DNA of 64,000 nt from Escherichia phage vB_EcoM_G8. Positions 9,642 to 21,063 of the stretch are shown here, piece by piece (position 1 is the first letter of the stretch; each line of letters opens with the position of its first letter). The notes beneath the pieces were generated by a model, which had not been told where the DNA came from, searched no databases, and saw only the letters and a list, made by a program, of their open reading frames with translations. The stretch lies in the sequence record NC_054915.1. The stretch is one strand, 5' to 3'. Both the position numbers and the translations under genes were made by a program.

Positions 9642-10172
9642 TTAAACTTCTGCTATAATTTTTCCATCTTTTTCTACTTGAAAATAGGTGTAAGGAATCG
9701 TTGCAGTACATACTAAAGCCGGGTCTGAATCTTCTGTGTAGCTAAATTCTACTTCAGACAGGTCAGAAACCCAAGGCTTATAAAAATTTATTGACATCAC
9801 GATTTCAGTTTTGCTATTATCTAAGATGTAAAGCGTAATGTATTCAGGACCTGTTTTTTGGGCAGTATTTTCACCTGTAAGATAGTTACTAGTTCCTAGC
9901 ATCCATTCATACATTCCTATCCATGACTTAAGTTCTTCATCAACTATAAATCTCACGATGAGTGGATCGTACTCAAATGTAGCACCCGGTCGTTGTGCTC
10001 GGCCCAGCCCAAACGGCCCAGTCACGGTATCAGTAACAGGTATTCTAATTCCTGGAATAGGAACTGACTGAGCATTTAAAGTAAAAGCAGATGTAGTATT
10101 ACTATGTGGTATTGATACTACAAAGTTAGTTGTATTTGCTTGGTTAAAAATTTGTTGCAGAGCTTGTGACAT
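9642..10172 (-). CDS. 3: tail completion / sheath stabilizer protein gp3
   Basis: 176 aa from Met MSQALQQIF with GAGGAA RBS; gene order 1-3-2-4. Confidence 0.8.
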   Translation of the reverse strand: MSQALQQIFNQANTTNFVVSIPHSNTTSAFTLNAQSVPIPGIRIPVTDTVTGPFGLGRAQRPGATFEYDPLIVRFIVDEELKSWIGMYEWMLGTSNYLTGENTAQKTGPEYITLYILDNSKTEIVMSINFYKPWVSDLSEVEFSYTEDSDPALVCTATIPYTYFQVEKDGKIIAEV

Positions 10173-10278
10173 ATATTCCTCATAATGCTTTATAAATGTT
10201 GGTGGTATAATGGGTCTAAGTCCCTTCCATTCAATTCCATTTAGAACAAACAACAGAAAAGAATGGAAGATAATAGAA

Positions 10279-11103
10279 TTAGATATTTGACCAGACTTTG
10301 TTTGCAGAGAAACGTTTTCCTTTTGAAACGAACTGCTGAAGTGGCATCAACACAACGTTCGCCCAGTCTTTCGGGGCGATTTCAACAAGGCTACCCATAA
10401 TATTACCAGGTATATATGCCTTAATCATTTGGTCTGCACCCCTAAATCCTTTCACTTGACTCCAATCAATTTTTAATTTCGTTTTATTAGTAATAGTAGG
10501 TGTATTTGCATATTGCTTTAAAAGCTCTTCTAGGAATTGCTGACGAGCTTTAGGTGGAATATAGTGCAAGTTTAATCCGTACATTAAATTATGCTTACCT
10601 AAACCAAGGTAAATTATCAAAGGAAATTTATCCCAATAAGGAAGAGTTTCCTTGTGTTTAGCATCATAAGCAAAAGCATATATTCGTCCCGGCTGCGGGC
10701 GAACAACTTTATGTCCTTTTACTTGCTTGATAGTTTCAGCAAACCACTTTCTGGTTTTATTATTAATTGCTGCACCTTCATTACGAATTTTATCACGCAA
10801 TGTTTGTCTGAATGAATTTATCATAAGCAGTTGTCTTTCTTGCTTATTGAGTTTATTCATTGGTTTTGATTCAAGCTTTTGAATCTTTTCGGCTGTTTTA
10901 ATTCCTGAAGCATATTTTGACATTGCTGAAGTAAACGTAGAGTATTTGATTCCTCTTTCTTCAGCAAATTGCTTTCCTGTCATTCCTTTTGCTTTGGCCT
11001 TTTTATATTCAAGACCTATTTGAATCCATTTCTTTTCGTTTAATGATTGCTTAACCTTTGGAACTTGGGGAGTGCTTTCATTAATTATTTGAAAAATAGC
11101 CAT
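10279..11103 (-). CDS. 2: DNA end-protector protein gp2
   Basis: 274 aa, basic; size and order match T4 gp2. Confidence 0.8.
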
Positions 11104-11555
11104 TATGCCCCCTTAAAGCCAAGAGCTCGTAATCCATCTTCTGTTAGAATTCTAAATTTTATTCCACGCTTTTCAGCTAAAGATTGTGCTGCTTTCCATT
11201 TATCAGTGTTCACAGACCAGGTATAAATTTCATTCATAAATCTTTTCTTCGCTGCAGTTGTTAGATGCGCTGGTTTAACTGGTGGTTGTGTTTCTTTTTT
11301 AGGTTTTATTTCAATAAAAAATTCTTGTCCAGAAGAATCTTTCATCCAAATATCCATGAAGTATCTACGTTTTTTCCCTTCTGCATTACAAAAATAAGGA
11401 ATTACTGCTGTTTCACTACCCCATGCAATAATTTCTGGATTTTTATCTAACCATTCAAAAAAGAATTTTTCCCAATTTGATCTATACGTAATTTTTTTAG
11501 GGTCACCTCTATACTTTGATATATTTTTAGGAACCCATTTTCCAGAATATGCCAT
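11103..11555 (-). CDS. 4: head completion protein gp4
   Basis: 150 aa; size and order match T4 gp4. Confidence 0.8.
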
Positions 11556-11566
11556 TGGATTCTCCT

Positions 11567-11574
11567 TATAAATA
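11567..11574 (+). promoter_or_regulatory. late promoter TATAAATA upstream of gene 53
   Basis: Exact TATAAATA about 30 nt upstream of the gene 53 ATG. Confidence 0.55.
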
Positions 11575-11582
11575 GATAATAT

Positions 11583-11590
11583 ATTTATAA
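11583..11590 (-). promoter_or_regulatory. late promoter (TATAAATA on minus strand) upstream of gene 4
   Basis: Plus strand TATTTATA about 28 nt upstream of the gene 4 start; divergent partner of the gene 53 promoter. Confidence 0.5.
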
Positions 11591-11602
11591 ACAGGAGGGC
11601 CC

Positions 11603-12193
11603 ATGCTCTTTACATTTTTTGATCCGATTGAATATGCGGCCAAAACGGTGAATAAAAACGCGCCGACTATTCCTATGACAGATATTTTTAGAAACTATAA
11701 AGACTATTTTAAACGTGCTCTTGCGGGATACCGCTTACGTACTTATTATATCAAAGGTTCACCACGCCCGGAAGAATTAGCAAATGCTATATATGGAAAT
11801 CCGCAGTTGTATTGGGTTTTATTGATGTGTAATGATAATTATGATCCGTATTATGGATGGATTACTTCACAAGAAGCAGCTTATCAAGCATCTATACAAA
11901 AATACAAAAATGTAGGTGGAGACCAAATAGTATATCATGTGAATGAGAACGGTGAAAAATTTTATAATTTAATATCATACGATGATAATCCATATGTTTG
12001 GTATGATAAAGGCGATAAAGCTAGAAAATATCCTCAATATGAAGGAGCACTTGCTGCGGTCGATACGTATGAAGATGCTGTTCTTGAAAATGAAAAACTT
12101 CGTCAAATAAAAATAATAGCAAAATCAGACATTAATTCATTTATGAACGACCTTATACGTATAATGGAGAAATCTTATGGAAATGATAAGTAA
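11603..12193 (+). CDS. 53: baseplate wedge protein gp53
   Basis: 196 aa; precedes gene 5 with a 17-nt overlap. Confidence 0.85.
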   Translation: MLFTFFDPIEYAAKTVNKNAPTIPMTDIFRNYKDYFKRALAGYRLRTYYIKGSPRPEELANAIYGNPQLYWVLLMCNDNYDPYYGWITSQEAAYQASIQKYKNVGGDQIVYHVNENGEKFYNLISYDDNPYVWYDKGDKARKYPQYEGALAAVDTYEDAVLENEKLRQIKIIAKSDINSFMNDLIRIMEKSYGNDK

Positions 12194-13949
12194 TAACCTT
12201 AATTGGTTTGTTGGTGTTGTTGAAGATAGAATGGACCCATTAAAATTAGGTCGTGTTCGTGTTCGTGTGGTTGGTTTGCATCCACCTCAAAGAGCACAAG
12301 GCGATGTAATGGGTATTCCAACTGAAAAATTACCATGGATGTCAGTTATTCAACCTATAACTTCTGCAGCAATGTCTGGAATTGGAGGTTCTGTTACTGG
12401 ACCGGTAGAAGGAACTAGAGTTTATGGTCATTTTTTGGACAAATGGAAAACTAACGGAATTGTCCTTGGCACTTATGGCGGAATAGTTCGCGAAAAGCCT
12501 AATAGACTTGAAGGATTTTCTGACCCAACTGGGCAATATCCTAGACGTTTAGGAAATGATACTAACGTACTAAACCAAGGCGGAGAAGTAGGATATGATT
12601 CGTCTTCTAACATTATCCAAGATAGTAACTTAGACACTGCAATAAATCCCGATGATAGACCACTATCAGAGATTCCAACCGATGACAATCCAAATATGTC
12701 AATGGCTGAAATGCTTCGCCGTGATGAAGGATTAAGATTAAAAGTTTATTGGGATACCGAAGGATATCCGACAATTGGTATTGGTCATCTTATCATGAAG
12801 CAGCCAGTTCGTGATATGGCTCAAATTAATAAAGTTTTATCAAAACAAGTTGGTCGTGAAATTACAGGAAATCCAGGTTCTATTACAATGGAAGAGGCGA
12901 CGACTTTATTTGAGCGTGATTTGGCTGATATGCAACGTGACATTAAATCACATTCTAAAGTAGGACCAGTCTGGCAAGCTGTCAACCGTTCTCGTCAAAT
13001 GGCGTTAGAAAATATGGCATTTCAGATGGGTGTTGGCGGTGTAGCTAAATTTAACACAATGTTAACTGCTATGTTAGCTGGAGATTGGGAAAAAGCGTAT
13101 AAAGCCGGTCGTGATTCATTGTGGTATCAACAAACAAAAGGCCGTGCATCCCGTGTTACCATGATTATTCTTACGGGGAATTTGGAATCATATGGTGTTG
13201 AAGTGAAAACCCCAGCTAGGTCTCTATCAGCAATGGCTGCTACTGTAGCTAAATCTTCTGACCCTGCTGATCCTCCTATTCCAAATGACTCGAGAATTTT
13301 ATTCAAAGAACCAGTTTCTTCATATAAAGGTGAATATCCTTATGTGCATACAATGGAAACTGAAAGCGGACATATTCAGGAATTTGATGATACCCCTGGG
13401 CAAGAACGATATAGATTAGTTCATCCAACTGGAACTTATGAAGAAGTATCACCATCAGGAAGAAGAACAAGAAAAACTGTTGATAATTTGTATGATATAA
13501 CCAACGCTGATGGTAATTTTTTGGTAGCCGGTGATAAAAAGACTAACGTCGGTGGATCAGAAATTTATTACAACATGGATAATCGTTTACATCAAATCGA
13601 TGGAAGCAATACGATATTTGTTCGAGGAGATGAAACGAAAACTGTTGAAGGTAATGGAACTATCCTAGTTAAAGGTAATGTTAAAGTAGTTATTCAAGGA
13701 ACAGCAGATATAACCGTTGAACAGGAAGCATACATAACTGTTGAAAAAGACACGACTGTTAATGTTAACCAAAACGCAGACATAAGTGTTAAAAATAAAG
13801 CAACTGTTAATGCTGAAAATATGGATGTCAACGTTGAGCAAGATTTAAATTTTTCAGCGACAAATATTAATTTAAGTGCATCTAATACTGTTCATATGGA
13901 TGGCGGGGTTCTTTCTAAAGTATCAGGTGGAAACGTACAGGTTGGTTAA
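12177..13949 (+). CDS. 5: baseplate central spike / tail-associated lysozyme gp5
   Basis: 590 aa; N-terminus MEMISNNLNWFVGVVEDRMDPLKLGRVRV (OB domain); internal lysozyme domain GLRLKVYWDTEGYPTIGIGHL; C-terminal beta-helix repeats. Confidence 0.9.
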   Translation: MEMISNNLNWFVGVVEDRMDPLKLGRVRVRVVGLHPPQRAQGDVMGIPTEKLPWMSVIQPITSAAMSGIGGSVTGPVEGTRVYGHFLDKWKTNGIVLGTYGGIVREKPNRLEGFSDPTGQYPRRLGNDTNVLNQGGEVGYDSSSNIIQDSNLDTAINPDDRPLSEIPTDDNPNMSMAEMLRRDEGLRLKVYWDTEGYPTIGIGHLIMKQPVRDMAQINKVLSKQVGREITGNPGSITMEEATTLFERDLADMQRDIKSHSKVGPVWQAVNRSRQMALENMAFQMGVGGVAKFNTMLTAMLAGDWEKAYKAGRDSLWYQQTKGRASRVTMIILTGNLESYGVEVKTPARSLSAMAATVAKSSDPADPPIPNDSRILFKEPVSSYKGEYPYVHTMETESGHIQEFDDTPGQERYRLVHPTGTYEEVSPSGRRTRKTVDNLYDITNADGNFLVAGDKKTNVGGSEIYYNMDNRLHQIDGSNTIFVRGDETKTVEGNGTILVKGNVKVVIQGTADITVEQEAYITVEKDTTVNVNQNADISVKNKATVNAENMDVNVEQDLNFSATNINLSASNTVHMDGGVLSKVSGGNVQVG

Positions 13950-13950
13950 T

Positions 13951-15987
13951 ATGAATTATAACGAAATTGTTGATGAATTAGTTGATACCATACAATCAGC
14001 TTGTTCAATTATTCCCGAAGGTTATTATAGACGAGTTAAATGGGAATTATACAATCCCAATAAAGAAATGATTCAACCCGATAATGGGGTTGAATGGGAC
14101 ACTGAAATTATTAAATTAGATACCCATCTTTACACCGAAAATCCATTTGGTCATTCTTCTGATACATTTACTGAATCATCTGATGGAGAAACCCAAACTG
14201 GCGTTTTTTGTCATAAAATCGGCGTGTATTTTCCAACTCAAACTGCGTTAGAAGATTACGTTGAACAAATTGGTGCAACTTTACTTCCGGGTAATACTTG
14301 GTATGGCGCTGATTTATCGAAACGTGAATTTTTTAAAACTGAAATTGAATATGATATATATCGCATTGAAAATCGCGGAGGTACATGGCATCATACGGGT
14401 CCTAGAATAGATGCTAGGACAATGATCGGTGTTAACAATGACTATACAATGTATGTTAACTTTAACGGTTTAGGAGATTATCGAAGAGCATATTTAAAAT
14501 ATTATGAAGATAAACCATGTACATATGTCGGTTTAACACTAAATTTAAATATAGATACATCAATTCCCGGTATTCCTTATTCACCTCCATCAATTATTGG
14601 AGAGCTTCCACTTAATGCAATTTCATGCGTTAATTTTACTGCCCAATTTCCATACAATGGCTTAACATCTGCAATTATTGAGGCTTGGAACACCTCAAGA
14701 GATTCATTTAAACTATATTGGGATATGTTGCCTGGTATGCCGGCAATTAGCGGAAGTGATTTCGAAAAATATTTTAATTCGGCATATACACATTTATCTG
14801 TAGCAATGGAAGAGCTTGGAAATTCGGCAATTGCTATGTGTCAATATGTTCAGCAACAAGCCTTTATGGTTTTTAAAAATTCTGTTTCACAAGTTCTAAA
14901 TATTGTCGGTGGCGGATGGGATTTATTAAAAAGTTTTTTACCTAAAATAACAATAATGGGCATATCTATTGATATTGAAGATTTATGTACATCAACAGAT
15001 GGTGTTCAAAAATTGAAGGAAACCTTTAAAAATTTTAATCTGGAAGATACTATTAGTTCAATTTATTCTGCAATGGGTTCTGCATATGACTATTCTATAG
15101 AACGCGTTAAAATGTATTCGCGGGATTTAGTTGATGCAATAACAGATTTATATGATTGGGCCTGGTCAAAATTAATGATGGCCGGTGTCGCTTTATCAAA
15201 ATTATGTGTTGATTTAGCACAAATCTGGAGCATGCCACCAATTATTCCAAATCCAGTGTGGTCTGTTATCACTTTAGTGAAGGAAATGATGAAACAAATT
15301 CCTCCATTAGATATGATTATGTCAGGTAATTTTCCTGGATTTACTGCTTCTGATGTATATCAGATGGTTATGTCTATCGTATCTGAAAAAATTAAACAAG
15401 TTTATACTGAAATAGAATCATTAAAAACCCAAGCATTGGATGTATGGAATGAAATTAAACTAAAAACACAGGAATATAAAAAGCAAACGATTGAATTTAA
15501 ACAATATTTATCAGGAATGGCTGAAAAGGTTGAAGATGAAATAACTATAGCAAAAGAGAAAGCATTACAAGAAGCTGAATCCGCTTTAAATGTTTTAAAG
15601 GATAAATATAACAGTATTAAAGACTTAATAAAAAATAAGCAGATTTCTGTGTCTGATGTATTAGATTTAGCTTTGACTGAATTTCGAAAAATTCCATTAA
15701 TTTCACAAATGGAATCATTATTATCTTTAGCTGGAGCATCTATCGATGATATAATGAAAGTATATGAAAATAGCGTTACTAAAGCAAAATCATTATATCA
15801 CGAATTCACCGATGGCGCTCGGTCAATGAAAGATCTATGCAAATCATTATACAATCAAATTTCGACTTTATGTTTGAGTAAGGTTGTGCAATGGATTAAT
15901 AAAATGCTTGGAATATTTGGATTAAGTATTACATTTCCAACAGTATCAATATGCATTCCATGCTTAAAAACTCCTATGAGGAATTAA
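13951..15987 (+). CDS. large hypothetical protein of unknown function between genes 5 and 6
   Basis: 678 codons from ATG at 13951, 1 nt after the gene 5 stop; stop 1 nt before the gene 6 ATG; C-terminal third coiled-coil-rich with a hydrophobic, Cys-containing tail; no motif I recognise. Confidence 0.7.
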   Translation: MNYNEIVDELVDTIQSACSIIPEGYYRRVKWELYNPNKEMIQPDNGVEWDTEIIKLDTHLYTENPFGHSSDTFTESSDGETQTGVFCHKIGVYFPTQTALEDYVEQIGATLLPGNTWYGADLSKREFFKTEIEYDIYRIENRGGTWHHTGPRIDARTMIGVNNDYTMYVNFNGLGDYRRAYLKYYEDKPCTYVGLTLNLNIDTSIPGIPYSPPSIIGELPLNAISCVNFTAQFPYNGLTSAIIEAWNTSRDSFKLYWDMLPGMPAISGSDFEKYFNSAYTHLSVAMEELGNSAIAMCQYVQQQAFMVFKNSVSQVLNIVGGGWDLLKSFLPKITIMGISIDIEDLCTSTDGVQKLKETFKNFNLEDTISSIYSAMGSAYDYSIERVKMYSRDLVDAITDLYDWAWSKLMMAGVALSKLCVDLAQIWSMPPIIPNPVWSVITLVKEMMKQIPPLDMIMSGNFPGFTASDVYQMVMSIVSEKIKQVYTEIESLKTQALDVWNEIKLKTQEYKKQTIEFKQYLSGMAEKVEDEITIAKEKALQEAESALNVLKDKYNSIKDLIKNKQISVSDVLDLALTEFRKIPLISQMESLLSLAGASIDDIMKVYENSVTKAKSLYHEFTDGARSMKDLCKSLYNQISTLCLSKVVQWINKMLGIFGLSITFPTVSICIPCLKTPMRN

Positions 15988-15988
15988 A

Positions 15989-17968
15989 ATGACAACTCCT
16001 GTAAATTATCAATTAACAAGAACAGCAAATGCTATTCCCGAGATATTCGTCGGGGGTACGTTTGCTGAAATAAAACAAAACCTCATTGAATGGCTTAATG
16101 GCCAAAATGAATTTTTGGATTATGATTTTGAAGGCTCAAGATTAAACGTTCTGTGTGACCTTTTGGCTTATAATACGCTGTACATTCAACAGTTTGGTAA
16201 TGCTGCTGTGTATGAAAGCTTTATGCGTACTGCTAACTTACGAAGTTCAGTTGTTCAAGCTGCACAAGATAACGGATATTTACCTACTTCAAAATCCGCT
16301 GCGCAGACTGAAATTATGTTAACATGCACTGACGCATTGAATAGGAATTACATTACAATTCCTCGCGGAACTCGCTTTTTAGCATATGCAAAAGATACTT
16401 CTGTTAATCCATATAACTTCGTTTCTACCGAAGACGTTATTGCTATTCGTGATAAAAATAACCAATATTTTCCACGTTTAAAATTGGCTCAGGGACGTAT
16501 AGTAAGAACTGAAATCATTTATGATAAATTAACACCTATTATCATTTATGATAAAAATATTGATAGAAACCAGGTTAAATTATATGTTGATGGAGCGGAA
16601 TGGATTAACTGGACAAGAAAGTCAATGGTTCATGCTGGTTCAACATCAACGATTTACTATATGCGTGAAACTATTGATGGAAACACTGAATTCTATTTTG
16701 GCGAAGGTGAAATTTCTGTTAATGCTTCTGAAGGAGCTTTGACCGCTAATTATATCGGAGGTCTTAAACCTACTCAGAACTCTACGATTGTTATTGAGTA
16801 CATCAGTACTAATGGTGCTGACGCGAACGGAGCAGTCGGATTTTCATATGCAGATACATTAACAAATATAACTGTCATCAATATTAATGAAAATCCAAAC
16901 GACGACCCAGATTTTGTCGGAGCAGATGGCGGCGGTGATCCAGAAGATATTGAGCGTATTCGCGAATTGGGTACTATTAAACGCGAAACCCAGCAACGCT
17001 GCGTAACTGCAACTGACTATGATACATTCGTTTCAGAAAGATTTGGTTCTATTATTCAAGCAGTTCAGACTTTCACTGATTCTACTAAACCTGGTTATGC
17101 ATTTATTGCTGCTAAACCTAAATCAGGTCTGTATTTAACTACCGTACAGCGTGAAGATATTAAAAATTATCTCAAAGACTATAATTTAGCTCCTATTACA
17201 CCATCAATTATTTCTCCTAATTATCTTTTTATTAAGACTAATTTAAAAGTCACATATGCTTTAAATAAACTACAAGAATCCGAACAGTGGCTCGAAGGTC
17301 AAATAATTGATAAAATTGATCGTTATTATACCGAAGATGTAGAAATTTTTAACTCATCTTTCGCTAAATCTAAGATGTTGACATATGTAGATGATGCAGA
17401 TCATTCTATCATTGGTTCATCAGCGACAATTCAAATTGTTCGTGAAGTACAAAACTTCTATAAAACGCCTGAAGCAGGTATTAAATACAATAATCAAATA
17501 AAAGATCGTTCTATGGAATCTAATACGTTTTCATTTAATTCTGGACGAAAGGTTGTAAATCCTGATACTGGTTTAGAAGAAGATGTATTATATGACGTTC
17601 GCATAGTATCAACAGACCGAGATTCTAAAGGAATTGGTAAAGTTATTATTGGTCCATTTGCTTCTGGCGATGTTACAGAAAATGAAAACATTCAGCCGTA
17701 TACAGGCAACGATTTTAACAAATTAGCAAATTCTGATGGACGCGACAAATACTATGTTATCGGTGAAATAAATTATCCGGCTGACATGATTTATTGGAAT
17801 ATCGCTAAAATTAATTTAACATCTGAAAAATTTGAAGCTCAGACTATTGAATTATATTCTGACCCAACCGATGATGTTATCTTTACTCGCGATGGTTCAC
17901 TGATTGTATTTGAAAATGACTTACGTCCACAATACTTAACTATCGATTTGGAGCCTATATCACAATGA
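15989..17968 (+). CDS. 6: baseplate wedge protein gp6
   Basis: 659 aa; GAGGAA RBS; size and order. Confidence 0.9.
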   Translation: MTTPVNYQLTRTANAIPEIFVGGTFAEIKQNLIEWLNGQNEFLDYDFEGSRLNVLCDLLAYNTLYIQQFGNAAVYESFMRTANLRSSVVQAAQDNGYLPTSKSAAQTEIMLTCTDALNRNYITIPRGTRFLAYAKDTSVNPYNFVSTEDVIAIRDKNNQYFPRLKLAQGRIVRTEIIYDKLTPIIIYDKNIDRNQVKLYVDGAEWINWTRKSMVHAGSTSTIYYMRETIDGNTEFYFGEGEISVNASEGALTANYIGGLKPTQNSTIVIEYISTNGADANGAVGFSYADTLTNITVININENPNDDPDFVGADGGGDPEDIERIRELGTIKRETQQRCVTATDYDTFVSERFGSIIQAVQTFTDSTKPGYAFIAAKPKSGLYLTTVQREDIKNYLKDYNLAPITPSIISPNYLFIKTNLKVTYALNKLQESEQWLEGQIIDKIDRYYTEDVEIFNSSFAKSKMLTYVDDADHSIIGSSATIQIVREVQNFYKTPEAGIKYNNQIKDRSMESNTFSFNSGRKVVNPDTGLEEDVLYDVRIVSTDRDSKGIGKVIIGPFASGDVTENENIQPYTGNDFNKLANSDGRDKYYVIGEINYPADMIYWNIAKINLTSEKFEAQTIELYSDPTDDVIFTRDGSLIVFENDLRPQYLTIDLEPISQ

Positions 17969-20900
17969 CAGTAAAAGCACCTTCAGTCACTAGTCTCAGA
18001 ATTTCCAAGTTATCCGCAAATCAGGTGCAAGTACGCTGGGATGACGTTGGTGCTAATTTCTACTATTTTGTAGAAATCGCTGAGACAAAAACAGACTCGG
18101 GGGAAAATCTCCCGAGTGATCAATATCGTTGGATTAATTTAGGGTATACAGCAAATAATAGTTTCTTTTTTGATGATGCTGATCCACTGACATCATATGT
18201 TATTAGAGTAGCTACGGCGGCTCAAGATTTTGAGCAGTCTGACTGGATTTATACCGAAGAGTTTGAAACTTTTGCTACGAATGCTTACACATTTCAAAAC
18301 ATGATTGAAATGCAATTAGCCAATAAATTCATTCAGGAAAAGTTCACTCTTAATAATTCTGATTATGTTAATTTTAATAATGACACCATAATGGCTGCAT
18401 TGATGAATGAATCATTCCAGTTCAGCCCATCGTATGTTGATGTCTCATCAATCAGTAATTTTATTATTGGTGAAAATGAGTATCATGAAATACAAGGTTC
18501 TATTCAGCAAGTATGTAAGGATATTAACCGAGTTTATTTGATGGAATCAGAAGGGATTCTATATCTTTTTGAGCGCTATCAACCCGTAGTTAAAGTATCC
18601 AATGATAAAGGACAAACTTGGAAAGCTGTAAAGCTCTTCAATGACCGCGTAGGATATCCTTTATCTAAGACTGTATATTACCAATCTGCAAACACAACAT
18701 ACGTTCTAGGATACGACAAGATTTTCTACGGCCGTAAATCTACTGATGTTAGATGGTCAGCTGATGATGTCAGATTTAGTTCACAGGATATAACATTTGC
18801 TAAACTTGGTGACCAATTGCATCTAGGATTTGATGTAGAAATTTTTGCCACTTATGCGACTTTACCAGCGAATGTATACCGCATTGCAGAAGCTATTACT
18901 TGCACGGATGATTATATCTATGTTGTTGCCAGAGATAAAGTTAGATACATAAAAACGAGTAATGCACCCATAGATTCTGATCCATTATCTCCAACATATT
19001 CGGAAAGACTTTTTGAACCTGACACAATGACTATAACCGGAAATCCTAAAGCAGTATGCTATAAAATGGATTCTATCGGTGATAAAGTTTTTGCTCTTAT
19101 TATTGGTGAAGTTGAAACATTAAATGCTAATCCGAGGACTTCAAAAATAATTGATTCTGCTGATAAAGGAATATATGTTTTAAATCATGACGAAAAAACG
19201 TGGAAAAGAGTTTTTGGTAATACCGAAGAAGAAAGAAGACGTATTCAACCCGGATATGCGAATATGTCAACTGATGGTAAATTAGTTTCTCTGTCTTCGA
19301 GTAATTTTAAATTTTTAAGTGATAATGTTGTTAATGACCCTGAAACTGCAGCAAAATATCAGTTAATTGGCGCTGTTAAATATGAATTTCCTCGTGAATG
19401 GTTAGCTGATAAGCATTATCATATGATGGCATTTATAGCGGATGAAACATCTGATTGGGAGACTTTTACTCCTCAACCAATGAAATACTACGCAGAACCG
19501 TTCTTTAACTGGTCTAAAAAATCTAACACACGTTGTTGGATAAACAACTCTGATAGAGCTGTAGTAGTTTATGCTGATTTAAAATACACCAAAGTTATAG
19601 AAAATATTCCGGAAACATCACCAGATAGATTAGTTCATGAATACTGGGATGATGGTGATTGTACTATAGTAATGCCAAATGTTAAATTCACTGGATTTAA
19701 AAAATACGCATCAGGAATGCTTTTCTATAAAGCCTCTGGTGAAATAATTTCTTACTATGATTTTAACTATCGTGTGAGAGATACAGTAGAAATTATTTGG
19801 AAGCCAACTGAAGTATTTTTAAAAGCATTTTTACAAAACCAAGAGCATGAGACTCCTTGGTCACCAGAAGAAGAGCGTGGACTAGCTGACCCCGATTTAA
19901 GACCATTAATTGGCACAATGATGCCTGATTCTTATTTGCTACAGGATTCGAATTTTGAAGCATTTTGCGAAGCATATATTCAGTATCTTTCTGATGGATA
20001 CGGAACTCAATACAATAATTTACGAAATTTAATTCGTAACAAATATCCACGAGAAAAGCATGCATGGGAATATTTGTGGTCAGAGATATATAAAAGAAAC
20101 ATTTATTTAAATGCTGATAAACGCGATGCTGTTACGAGATTCTTTGAATCACGTAGCTACGATTTTTATTCTACTAAAGGAATTGAAGCATCATACAAGT
20201 TTCTTTTTAAAGTTCTTTATAATGAAGAAGTTGAAATTGAAATTGAATCTGGGGCTGGTACTGAATATGACATAATCGTTCAATCTGATTCTTTAACTGA
20301 AGATTTAGTAGGACAAACGATTTATACGGCAACAGGAAGATGTAATGTTACTTATATAGAAAGAAGCTATTCTAATGGTAAATTGCAATGGACAGTAACT
20401 ATTCATAATCTTTTGGGAAGATTAATTGCTGGTCAAGAAGTTAAAGCAGAAAGACTCCCTAGTTTTGAAGGCGAAATTATTCGTGGGGTTAAAGGAAAGG
20501 ATTTGCTTCAAAACAATATAGACTATATTAATAGAAGTAGATCATACTATGTAATGAAAATTAAATCCAATTTACCTTCTTCCCGCTGGAAATCTGACGT
20601 TATTCGTTTTGTTCATCCGGTAGGATTTGGATTTATAGCAATTACACTTTTAACAATGTTTATTAATGTTGGTTTAACTCTTAAACACACAGAGACTATA
20701 ATTAATAAATACAAAAACTATAAATGGGATTCTGGATTGCCTACTGAATATGCTGATAGAGTAGCTAAATTGGCTCCAACTGGTGAAATTGAGCATGATT
20801 CGGTAACAGGCGAAGCAATTTATGAGCCTGGCCCAATGGCTGGTGTAAAATATCCTCTTCCTGATGACTATAATGCTGAAAATAATAATTCAATATTTCA

Positions 20901-21063
20901 AGGTCAATTGCCGTCTGAACGACGTAAATTAATGAGTCCTTTATTTGATGCATCTGGAACAACATTTGCGCAATTTAGAGATTTAGTTAATAAACGTCTA
21001 AAAGATAATATAGGAAATCCAAGAGACCCTGAAAATCCAACACAGGTTAAAATAGATGAATGA
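17965..21063 (+). CDS. 7: baseplate wedge protein gp7
   Basis: 1032 aa, the T4 gp7 length; overlaps gene 6 stop. Confidence 0.9.
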   Translation: MTVKAPSVTSLRISKLSANQVQVRWDDVGANFYYFVEIAETKTDSGENLPSDQYRWINLGYTANNSFFFDDADPLTSYVIRVATAAQDFEQSDWIYTEEFETFATNAYTFQNMIEMQLANKFIQEKFTLNNSDYVNFNNDTIMAALMNESFQFSPSYVDVSSISNFIIGENEYHEIQGSIQQVCKDINRVYLMESEGILYLFERYQPVVKVSNDKGQTWKAVKLFNDRVGYPLSKTVYYQSANTTYVLGYDKIFYGRKSTDVRWSADDVRFSSQDITFAKLGDQLHLGFDVEIFATYATLPANVYRIAEAITCTDDYIYVVARDKVRYIKTSNAPIDSDPLSPTYSERLFEPDTMTITGNPKAVCYKMDSIGDKVFALIIGEVETLNANPRTSKIIDSADKGIYVLNHDEKTWKRVFGNTEEERRRIQPGYANMSTDGKLVSLSSSNFKFLSDNVVNDPETAAKYQLIGAVKYEFPREWLADKHYHMMAFIADETSDWETFTPQPMKYYAEPFFNWSKKSNTRCWINNSDRAVVVYADLKYTKVIENIPETSPDRLVHEYWDDGDCTIVMPNVKFTGFKKYASGMLFYKASGEIISYYDFNYRVRDTVEIIWKPTEVFLKAFLQNQEHETPWSPEEERGLADPDLRPLIGTMMPDSYLLQDSNFEAFCEAYIQYLSDGYGTQYNNLRNLIRNKYPREKHAWEYLWSEIYKRNIYLNADKRDAVTRFFESRSYDFYSTKGIEASYKFLFKVLYNEEVEIEIESGAGTEYDIIVQSDSLTEDLVGQTIYTATGRCNVTYIERSYSNGKLQWTVTIHNLLGRLIAGQEVKAERLPSFEGEIIRGVKGKDLLQNNIDYINRSRSYYVMKIKSNLPSSRWKSDVIRFVHPVGFGFIAITLLTMFINVGLTLKHTETIINKYKNYKWDSGLPTEYADRVAKLAPTGEIEHDSVTGEAIYEPGPMAGVKYPLPDDYNAENNNSIFQGQLPSERRKLMSPLFDASGTTFAQFRDLVNKRLKDNIGNPRDPENPTQVKIDE

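Noticed and set aside
13876-13950. Upstream extension (MHLILFIW...) of the 678-codon ORF as given in the ORF track
   Set aside because: It overlaps the 3' end of gene 5 in another frame; the ATG at 13951 directly after the gene 5 stop is the more plausible start.
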